Notes under the pieces: model-generated | Databases searched by the model: none | Seen by the model: the letters and a program-made list of their open reading frames with translations, nothing else | Told to the model about the DNA's origin: nothing | Position numbers and translations under genes: made by a program | In this document: positions 54,001 to 64,000 of the stretch, in pieces | Position numbering within the stretch: the first letter of the stretch is position 1 | How the letters are laid out: every line of letters begins with the position of its first letter | DNA from: Fimbriosthenelais zetlandica | Lineage: Eukaryota | Reading direction: 5' to 3' | Length of the DNA stretch: 64,000 bases | NCBI GenBank assembly: GCA_977030845.1 | Contig: OZ365111.1 | Span: 50,468,001 to 50,532,000 of the forward strand

Positions 54001-57000
54001 GATTAGTGTGGCTGCTGAATGTCAGAATTTAGAAGAAATATTAAAAATATTCAGCTTCTCGTTTTCTGGGAGGCAGTCACGTTTCTTGATTTGGAAGCAC
54101 AAGAAAATCATGAAATTCTTAAGTCGCAATTTAAGCCAAGAATGTATCAGACTGGTGCAACTCTGATAAAGGCTCAACCAGTAGATAGTGTGTAGATCTT
54201 ATTTGTGTTGTACCAGAAGAACAGAGTCAGGCAAACAGAAGTCAAGACGTAGAAAGAAAAGTGGTACAGGCTGGCTTACATAGCCTAAACATAACTGTCA
54301 CTAAATACACGGCCAAATCATAGGTAAAGTAAGCCAAGCCTTACCATTTCATTTCCCATTATGCAGACCCTTAAAGCCAATAAAATTCTAAAAATCCTGA
54401 ATATATTATCAATACTAAGCAGATCGGAAAGATTCAATCTTGGAGTAATGATGGTTTTCGACCCATTTTCGACCCAAATCTGTCTGTTTCAAACTCAAAA
54501 ATATCATTATTGGATCTTACAGAAATTGATATAGTGCCATTTATATCTTCAAATATCATTGAATGAAAAATTTATTGGATAATTTCACAACATAAATTCT
54601 CAAAGACTAGCAGCTGTTGAAATGATCCAATTATTTTCCTCCCTGAACCCAGCAGTTGGCAGTGACAGGCCCACAGGCCAAGCCTTCCCCGTCTGAGGCT
54701 ATGTTAGATTGTTATCAATTGATTCCACAGTTAGACCCGTGCCAGCAGACCATTGTATGAGCAGGAACATTGGCAGTACACCGCCCTCATTCATGGTCAT
54801 ATCAATGCCACATATACATGACTTATTTTTTCCCTAAATCAACTCTTTCTTTGACAAGTGTGGCATTGGCACCTGAGCCACCATATAGCTCAAGTTACAG
54901 CGCTATGCCAACAACATATTTTCCATATCCCTGACTTGAGCAATTAACACTGAGACCTAGCTAAGGTAGGCCATAGGGTCTCTGGGTAGGCTTGCAGCTT
55001 ATATTTAGGTGAGGGCATGGTTTGGCTTTGACAGGGCTTACTAACACTAACGGGACAGAGCTTTTGAAACAAACAATAAGTAAAGTAATCCCTGCTGAGC
55101 CTTTTATATCAACACCCATCCCGTACCTTCTTGAGGATGGGGTAGGGGCAGGCCCTGAAAAATGGGGGCGTTTGAGGGATTTTAACAATGTGATAGGCTG
55201 AACCCCTTTTCATTCATTCAATCCCCACCCCTCTCTACCATCACCCCACCCCTGCCTGAAAATAACATAGAAAAGAAGAAACCGATGGGGCGGATGACCT
55301 AAAAAATTCAAGGGTCAAAATCTTGACAATGTATTGGGGAGAAACCCCCAATACTGAGCCCCCAATACTGAGAAGGGTAAATCTATTTTGGGTACTTAGC
55401 CCCAAATAGAAAATGACAGGCACAAGATTTTGGGGGGAAATCCGCGGATGGAAAATGGGTTATGTTTTGGGGGAAAGTGCACAGAGGGTGGTATGGCTGA
55501 GGTCACCTCCCCTCTGCCCTCAGGCATTGTGCCCAGCCTCTGTGTTTTCTGTGGACAGGTGCTGGCAGAGACACGCCCAACAATAGAACCCCAGACTTTT
55601 ATGTTTATTTCTAGGATCTGATCTGACCTGACAAAATATGGTAAATCATGGGAACTAGGTTAAATACTGAAGATATGGCAATATTTACACATGGTACCCA
55701 TCTCTATCTAATGCAAATTTGATTTTTTTTTTGGTAAGAAGAAATCTTTGGTTTGCCTTAACTTTATCATTTTTCTACATAAAAAAAAAGATATTTTCGG
55801 ACTGCCTGTGGAACAGCGGATAATCTAAAATCCGGGTACATTAAATTCATTGGTAGCCCAGGATTCACTACCAAATATGGACAACCCATCCTCCCATGGC
55901 AGACTGCCTTCTATTCGTTAGAAACTCTTTTAAATTGTGGTTGTCAGTGGCCTACAAGTATTTCAAAGTTTATGCAACCTTCATGCTTTCAAATGTATGG
56001 AAAAACTATTCCAGTTAGGGACAACGATTAAGATTTATCACAGAAAATGGTTGTCCATGATTTTTCGAGGCCTGAGACTGTCTGGGACGCCTGGAGTCCC
56101 AGAATCCCAGAAGCTGACAGATGCCTGGCTCCAGCTCTATCACTGCCATGTTTACACACCGCCAGACAACGACTTGTCTTGTCACATTAAACAAACTCTA
56201 ACCTTACTCAGTGACAACACTGAGAGAGACAGCCATACAGAGAGGCTGGACAAAAATCACCCCAGCTTCTGTGTAGAGATCCCAGCTCTTTTATAAAATA
56301 CATATTGAAAATCTCAGACAGTGTTCACAAGGTTATGTTTGCCATTGACTGGGGTCACTGCATATAGATGTCCATGTATTCATACTGGTTTTCTATGTAT
56401 TTCTAAGAGTGAAAATGGGCATCTATGAAATGGACTATATGAAGGTAAATAAATACCATTTAAACTTGAATAAATAACATTTGGACAAAATATTTTTGTA
56501 AATTTCACTTGAGCTGCCATCACTAGAATCATATTTTACCAGAAGAATAAAGTTGGCTTTAGCTACACATGCTCATTGCCCATACAGGGATGGACAAGCA
56601 GACCTATCTACTTAGAAAATTGAAACCACCAAAAACTTTATCAGTTCACTATTTAACTCCTATCAGTAGAGAATGCCTACCTCTTATCAGTAGAGAATGC
56701 ATACCCTAGTGGTTTCGTATTTAAATCATTGTTTAGCCCACTCACATAAAATCCAGTAATCTTAATCAGTAGAATATTCCTTATCATTTAGTGCTTGCAA
56801 TTTTATCTACGCTTCATGGAGAGATAGGAGGGAAGACTCAAGAGCTATCTACCTGAACTTTTAAGGGAAGATAGGGATAGGAGTTGTAGGTGGTTCGATG
56901 GCTGATCCTAAGCTACCATATAATCCTCATAGATAATGACCCTCATCCCTTATAAAGTTATCATTGTAAAAGGCGGGAATTTTTACTGATAAGAATGTGT

Positions 57001-57257
57001 TATCACTGACATCAAGATCCACAATTCTCATGTATATAAAATTAAAGGACTTGCAGATCTGTGTTAGTATTGAGTAGGCTGCTAAGCATTACTTAATCTG
57101 TTAAACTTTAAGTTTTGATAATCCTACCATAGCAGATACTGTTTTGGTGGATCTGGGATTGACTTGGGAAGATGCTTTTGATAATAAATACTGCAAATAA
57201 TAATATGTGATTATCATAACTTTTATATGATATTTAAATAATATTAAGTTTGCCTAC

Positions 57258-58640
57258 CTTGCATGTCTCGATGATTTCTCCATCCATGAGATAATTATAG
57301 TCGGATTTAATAGCGGCCCACAACTCATCCTTCCTGTACTTCTTCCTCAGGGACTGCTTCTCCTGACTTTTGAAGATGGTAGGAGAGTTCTCCTGGCTGC
57401 TAAGTTGGCTATCCGAAAGATCATCGAAAGTCTCATCGAAAGAAGCACTGCCTAGCGACATGCCCGGGTTTAGCATCAGATGGAGGCTAGACGGGGAATC
57501 ACGAGGGCTGCTCGCGCCGCTCGAGAGAAAATCGCTAGGCATGTCGTCATTGAGGCGACGTCGCTTCTGTAGAACAGGGGAGTAGTTACCACTTGGGGGC
57601 GCTGTGCGGACACCTAGCGGTGAACTGCGACCACTGCCCCCAGTGTTGTTACTACTAGGGGAGTTACGGCCGCTCCGCATCATGCTACCACTACCCCCGT
57701 TAAGCTGCTTGAACGTATCCATACCGATATCACTTAGAGATTGAGGAAAGGCTGATTTCATTAATAGGAGGTTGTCTTCGCTGGCAGCAATCGGTCGCCG
57801 GTTTGTAGGCGGCATGAAATTGATGCCACAGCTGAAGCTGCCATCCGATTCTGAGCTTTCTCTCGTATCATCCAAGTTCTGGTCGGTAACATTTATACTC
57901 GAACTGTCGTCGTCGGTACAGCTACTGTACTCATTGCTATAGACGACTCTCTGCTTTCTATGCGATTTTCTTGGCGATTTTCTGCAACGCCAAGAATTCT
58001 GCAGAGTGTAAAATAAACTGGGTAAGGAGCTCCCTTCCTTTGAAGAACGTAAACTTTGTAAAATAGGGAAGAGAACAGGTAAATCTTCCTCTTCTTCTTC
58101 CTCGTCTGAATTATAATCTAACGAAATATGTGATCCCAACACAGGCGTAGTAGGGTCGTTGGGAGGCTCAAAATGAGAATCTTCAATATCAAAGCTTTCT
58201 AATGAAAAATCAAAATCAAAATCTCTCGAAATTCTTGAAAGTTGGAGTGGGGAAGTGAGATCTTGGTCTTCTGTTGTAGATGAAGCACTAACAGGCCAAG
58301 ATAGCTGAGAACACTCTGAACAAGGAATAGACTCCGGAGACGATGGTAAAGATAGTGGTCGATTCCGGGGTCGGTTTGAAACTGTAGTTGAAAGATGGTT
58401 TAAATTATCGTTGTTCCTTGTTGCGAAAAACTTATTAACATCGCTGAGTAGGGTGCTTGAGGACCATGGTTTGTGGCCGAGTTGACGTAGCTTGTCCTTG
58501 AGATGTAACCACGCACCCTGGATCTCCGCTATGTCGTAACACAGAAGGCTGTCCCGCTCATGGTTCTTCAGGTAGGATGAGCCCTCCTGAAGTAAGGTTT
58601 CTATGGCAGGCTTCTGGTCGATCACTTCCTCTAAAAGCTC
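57258..58640 (-). CDS. Large internal coding exon (461 codons, phase 0-0) of a Klarsicht/AKAP6-like spectrin-repeat protein: C-terminal half of a spectrin-like repeat, long Ser/Asp-rich disordered region, helical motif KKYRKDELWAAIKSDYNYLMDGEIIETCK
   Basis: Lies within the 478-aa stop-free ORF 57234-58670. Acceptor ttacag|GAG at 58640 and donor AAG|gtaggc at 57258. ELLEEVIDQKPAIETLLQEG...EIQGAWLHLKDKL has the spectrin helix B/C pattern. Confidence 0.88.
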
Positions 58641-59164
58641 CTGTAATTGACAAGCAGAACAAAGAGACATTGTTAGTGAAGGTCCACTATATGAGCAAGT
58701 AAATCCATACTGGGATATGTCAACATTTGTTGTGAATCCATATGAATGTGTCAGTTAAACAATACAAAACATTCCACTGATATTATATATCCAGCAGTAC
58801 TTTCCCTGAACGTGTTATGATATGATCTGTAAGCTATACTATTGATTAGCCTACATAGCACAAAGTGAGATACAATCGGGAAAGACTCTCAAAGATTATA
58901 AACTTAAAATCAGCTGTAAAAAACTTTGTACATAGAGTGATCTATAGTCGTTATCAGTTGGAAGGACTAAGAAAAAAAACTTGTTTTATCAGATAAATTG
59001 ATAAGGAATTAAAGATACATGTATACAAATAATGGGACATGTCTTTAATATATTTGCCTATCAATATATAGCACTTGGCAGCACACCTTCAGCAGGTGTT
59101 TTGGCAGGTCTATTATACATATATCTAGTGACGTTCAAATAGTGAAAGCCAAATCAGTCAAGTG

Positions 59165-59210
59165 TTGGATATGTCTGACAACACCTGAGGGTGAAACGTC
59201 CAATATATCA
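59165..59210 (+). ncRNA. Degenerate minimal (Penelope-type) hammerhead ribozyme-like motif
   Basis: CTGACAA-C-ACC-tgag-GGT-GAAA-CGTC: CUGANGA core with one change, short stem II, and GAAA followed by palindromic ACGT and a GUC cleavage triplet; stem I is imperfect. Confidence 0.45.
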
Positions 59211-61867
59211 TCAAAATTTACCTCATATCCAAATACCCGTAAATATTTTGTTGAATAGCAATATTCCAGAGGGTAACAAAGATAGCTATTATTAAATCAT
59301 CCCTCGGCTAAATTGATTCTTTCGAACTCTGGATTTTTTCTAGACAGTTGCAATCCAAAGGATTGTGTGTACCATCTGCAACTTACTTTTGTCCAAAATC
59401 AACTGAAACATCCTAATTTAATTGTGAAAACTTCATATTGCTATCCACAGATGGTGTTAATAAATATATCCAAGAGCAACACACTTAATCTCTTCCTGAG
59501 AAAAGCTGATGCCATCTACAAACACATATCCTGAATGAATGACAGAAGAGGAGGCTAGGTTCACAGAGACTGAATTAAACATGGCAGTTACAAAAAGGCC
59601 GCCAAGACTGAGACACAGACACACGAGTGGTGTATGGAATGAGGGATCCAACGAGAACAGAGGGGGTGTGGGTGGAGGGGTGGGGTGGAGTAGGGGGGAG
59701 GGTGGAGGGATCCAACCGTTACATATAAATACACACGGAGCTGAGCAAACCGGGGATGGTTAGATCTATACACTGTCACACATGAGCTATCATACACATG
59801 GATCTTTAGATGGAAATATTAATTATGTTTTGGTTATAGATAATGTCTTTAAATGGTCAACATTTTATCTAGAGTAGAACTATTTAAGGAGTATGTACAT
59901 TTTTTCAATTTTTCAATAATATCAACAAATCAGATCCCTGTGGTACATTTCCGACTAAACGATTTCCAATACATTGACAGATATTCCAGACTCCATTAGA
60001 CCTGGTAAGGATGTCCAAAATAAGTATCCTAATAGAATAGTCCAAAGAAATGACTGGGCTTGGATCCCTAGAAAAACCTCATCCAGTGAGTATGTGACTT
60101 GTACATTATACACATAGATACGGGTAATTAAAGCCGTTAATTATACCTGTTAATTGTAGGATCCAGTAATTATGAGGTATTTTCTAATGTGTAATATAAT
60201 GGGTGATCTCACACCGCCACAGTAACCGGTACTGGTACTGTCTCTGAGCCTGTCTCTGTTCTGGGTCTGTTACAAGGAAGCCGGTAAGTCACAGGCACCA
60301 TCACGGTAATCATGGGACAGTTGCTTCCATAACCGCGAATTTCGGCACTAGACTTGCCCAACACTTAGAATATAAAATTTATATTCGTGACTACCCATGA
60401 GATCTCATAATATACTTGGTTTTCCCTACCTAACTGAGGATTTGTTGGGAAAATTTATTCTAAAATTTAGTCCATTGAGGCATATTTGAATCCACGTGAA
60501 ATTAAAATGCAAGAACATTTTTACTCTAGATTATTTAAAATCATTATAGGTATTTAAGTTTTGTCTGTGGGGAAGATGGCAAGTCTTGTTGTCAACGGAG
60601 GCAGTGACATAATACAAAATATGTGGAGGAGGGTAGAGTAAACTACTGTAAAAGAGGGGAACTTCTACTGGTTTGATTTTGAACCCCAATGATTCCCACC
60701 CTCAGCCCCTCCTGTGTAACTCCAGCTCATGACTGGAGCCCTATGGAATGTATGCGGTCCGGGTGACCCCCATATAGCATGACTTCCTACCAGATCCCGT
60801 TATGAAACTCCCGCCTGTCACAACCTATAGCATTACTGCATTAGGATATGGGGAATTTCTTACATAAATTTTGTTCAAATTATATGGGCATTTTCCCTAG
60901 AATTTCCTAGATACCTAGAATTTGCTTATGCACTTTTAATACTTTTAATTTAGGGGAAATCTCTTGATGATAAAAAGTTTGGAAAAGTTTTTCTTCAAAA
61001 ATAAAAATACAGTACTACAACTACGGGTATTTTAATATTCTTCAATCAAAGTATAGGACAAGCACCATTGGTTGCTCCTATACCATGGTATGTATATTCA
61101 ATAATCGGGCCAGTAATCACAGTACATAGACCATGCCATTGTATTTTTGTTTGTTTTCTCTTCATTGTATTTATAAGCTTATATCCTGTCCTATTTCCCA
61201 AGGCACGTGAGCTCCCATACACAATCACTTCTAGGTTCTTACATGTATGTATAAATTACATTCTTTCAGACCATTCTCTTTGAATGTCTGACTCCCCATT
61301 GTAAACCAATGCTTTATATAGAGCTTTGTAGAGACGTGTTAAGGTCGAGCCATTATTTGTATAAGTTAGAGCCGAAAAATAAGTTTACCAAGACATCAAT
61401 CAAATAGAATAAGGAGGTTATGTGGCAAAATATGTACACATGGTTTACAACCACCAACACGCACCATGTGGATGCGTGTGGTACATCCTAAAACAAAGAT
61501 GAACCTGGTAAAGACAATACACTATAGTCAGTGATCACAGTCCATACATGTTACTAGAATACCTTAACATATTTACAAGGCCCATAGTTCAGACTAAGAA
61601 CTGCTTGTTCCTAAAAAATGTTCAGGGTAAAAATGCCACTTTTCTCTTAATTTTTTTTCCTGGTAATTCCTGGGTTTTTGTTTTCAATATTTCTTGACCT
61701 TTTCTAGTTGACTTTCTTACTTTTTCAAATGTCCTGACTTTTTCTCTATTTTTTTTTCAACATTGGGAACTATTCACTTGCATAGATGACCTTTGATTAT
61801 TTCAACTTTAAGGAATGGAGAACCCCTGAATAGTCAAAATCTTAATGCACTTTTAACGATTTTGGAT

Positions 61868-61890
61868 CTGGGGCCCGTTTCAGCGAAAAA
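61868..61890. mobile_element. Lone MITE terminus CTGGGGCCCGTTTCA
   Basis: Resembles, from recollection, a common invertebrate MITE TIR; partner end not found. Confidence 0.25.
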
Positions 61891-62194
61891 TTTTTACATA
61901 GCATTGCTAATGGTTGTTCCGAAGGTCCCTGAACATTTCCTATTATGAGATTCTCATATGGTATTATATAATAGACTGTGGTGACATCTATTCGCTCTGA
62001 ATTCATGACAAGGTCGTCTCAGTAATCTTATCAGTGATAAACGATTAGCGACGGTTAAAATTTAAATCTATCAGTCAGAACACGTGTAATATCTCTGTCA
62101 TTTATTATGGGCATGATTATCAAAGTTATGACACATAAAGTGTCAAATACCGAGTACGTTATTCATTAATATTTCTACGATAAAATATGAGATG

Positions 62195-62345
62195 GGAGAG
62201 ACAGAGCGAGAGAGAGGGAGGGACAAAGAGAGAAGGAAGGAGAAAGGGAGAGGAAGAGAGAGAGAGGGGGAAGGAGAAAGGGAGCGGGAGAGAGAGGGAA
62301 GGAGAAGGATGGAAAGAGAATGGGCGGGTGCTGAGAGGGACAGAT
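62195..62345. repeat. Polypurine (GA/GGA)-rich low-complexity tract
   Basis: Seen directly; explains the spurious S/L/P-rich ORF 62143-62364. Confidence 0.9.
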
Positions 62346-64000
62346 AGACCTCTAAAAATTGCATAAGAGAGTATTTATGGATGTATGGAGAACGGATTAA
62401 TCGTAATAAATGAACGAATCAAACAAAACAAGAAAAATGGGTGATACAATTGTATCATTCATTCCCATGTATACAATCTATACAGACTCGACTCTATTTC
62501 TCTAATGTATATATGGCTATATATAGACTATAATACCCGACCCAATCATAATAAAGCCTATACCCCTCGATCCCACCACCCCCACTGATGGTCCATTATC
62601 ACTATAAAGGAGGGATCATACAGGACCATTTCCTGCTGGTCCACTGAGCCTAAAATCTAATGTCAACCTTAGCACGAGCATTATTCGTGATGATGACATA
62701 AATACAAGGGATGACTGGACCCAGAGTAAATAAAAAGCCGGAGAAAAAGCCCATTTAGATATGCAAGGGCAGGGTATGTGGGTACGCCATGGTTATGGGG
62801 GCTAGAGATTTTAGAGTACTCTTGCCATGAATTTTCCGAAGGAAATTGTCTCTGAAGTCTATCATTTTTTCAATACCTATATACAATGTTAATTTAGTTT
62901 GCACTCGGATATATTATATCCAAATAATGTCCCAGAAAAACCGTGGGACATTTGTAACAATCAACCTAGTTTAATGATGAACATCGTTTGCATTCCAGTA
63001 GGCCTACTAGTAGTAGGATAGAGACTAGTGTCATGAAACAAATTTGTAATTCATTTCAATCAGTAACAATCATTTTTAACTTATGTCAAGAAAGGCTGCA
63101 GTGAATTTAATTGAAAGGCCTGTAAAAAGTTAAACTATTAATTGTGATACCATAAGATTACTATTGAATATATTTTCTAGCAAATCCAATCTGTCAAAGT
63201 GCAGGACTTACTCATCAGGAAAGCAATATGACATTTGATTGCTAATTCACATAATGTCCATGACAGGTTTTTCCTGGTGAGAACTATCATTTATTATCAC
63301 AGGCCATACGCCATATATACCTTCAGGGCATAATGACTTAGTTAAATTAGAGCAGTGGCCTAATTATGGATTTTTACTTTCATTATTTTTATGATGCACC
63401 ATTCGGTTAAAAATGGCGGTAATGTTTCAGAAGCAGATGCTGCAACGATTGGCTGTGAATGAAAACAATGGGAGGCATAACTGGCATTGGCATCCACTGA
63501 ATTCATGATCTGTGTATTGGCAATATAGGCTGGGCCACATAGGCTAATGTGTATTGCAGATGGATGAGAGCTTGAGCCTGTAGGCCTAATACACAACTAT
63601 GTGTATTGAAAGTATACTGCATTTTTCTGTCAGATGGTTCTATATAAATGAATTATTTTGGAGACAAAAATAAAATAATATACAGAAACCATTATAGGAT
63701 GGAAATTGATTTTCAGAGGGGCTGATTTCCCTACAATTTTCACATATCTGATTTAGGTCCGCCCCCACTAGAAGGGTATATATTTATGTAGAACATATCC
63801 TATGCTATAGCATAGAGACCTCCAAATATTACACCCTTCTTAGGTGAGGATGCTGCTACCGTATCTGATATATTTAGGCCTCTTCAATGAGCATTCATAT
63901 AGAAATTTCCTAATAAGAGAATATAGGCTCCTAGGCCTTGCTGTCATGAATGATAGGGCCTACAACACAGACATAGCCTCCAGTTGTAAACACGGGATCA

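Larger units (their letters stand above)
21882..58640 (-). other. Partial gene model: Klarsicht/AKAP6-like spectrin-repeat scaffold, 4 exons, introns of 26859, 5022 and 3003 bp; 5' and 3' ends outside the window
   Basis: Intron phases are consistent across all junctions (0,0,1,0). The order of motifs parallels, from memory, the two adjacent spectrin repeats of AKAP6 (YQELWDWL...NEKWELL...ELKGWLRDTE). No database search was run. Confidence 0.7.

Noticed and set aside
57234-58670. Single-exon 478-aa gene starting at MSLCSACQLQ
   Set aside because: The ATG lies in the polypyrimidine tract before a good acceptor (58641), and the C-terminal VGKLNII is donor read-through; it is an internal exon.
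100-59710. Strand-biased G-quadruplex tracts
   Set aside because: G-runs (e.g. 9331, 38601, 53831, 59661) are matched by C-runs (e.g. 9631, 23921, 44701, 55221), so no clear strand bias.
899-63596. Most of the 60-130-aa ORFs in the supplied track
   Set aside because: No recognisable domains or splice-consistent structure; many overlap repeats or low-complexity DNA; such ORFs are expected by chance in 64 kb.
63800-63815. Isolated perfect palindromes (CTATGCTATAGCATAG; also CCTAGGATCCTAGG near 6810, ATTGCATATGCAAT near 20729)
   Set aside because: Real but short, single and without context; not distinguishable from the general palindrome bias of this DNA.

Overview
AT-rich eukaryotic (metazoan, probably marine invertebrate; inference) genomic DNA with no prokaryotic features. 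The window lies inside one large minus-strand, intron-rich gene. Four GT-AG coding exons (58640-57258, 30398-30231, 25208-25010, 22006-21882) splice in frame into a spectrin-repeat protein that resembles the Klarsicht/AKAP6 (mAKAP) nuclear-envelope family. The gene runs off both ends of the window. Introns (26.9, 5.0 and 3.0 kb, plus open-ended introns of at least 21.8 and 5.3 kb) are a mosaic of decayed non-autonomous DNA transposons (MITEs), local duplications, microsatellites and short GC-richer patches with TF-site-like motifs. Nearly all other ORFs in the supplied track look spurious. The most notable items are: a degenerate Penelope-type hammerhead ribozyme relic; strong enrichment of the palindromes TAGGCCTA and TACATGTA, possibly excision footprints; a series of RFX X-box-like sites; a duplicated out-of-frame splice acceptor; a compositionally bipartite 1.4-kb exon; an 830-bp TIR element with target-site duplication that carries host-like sequence; and a ~40-55-bp motif present three times. 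All analysis was by eye; no database searches were run.
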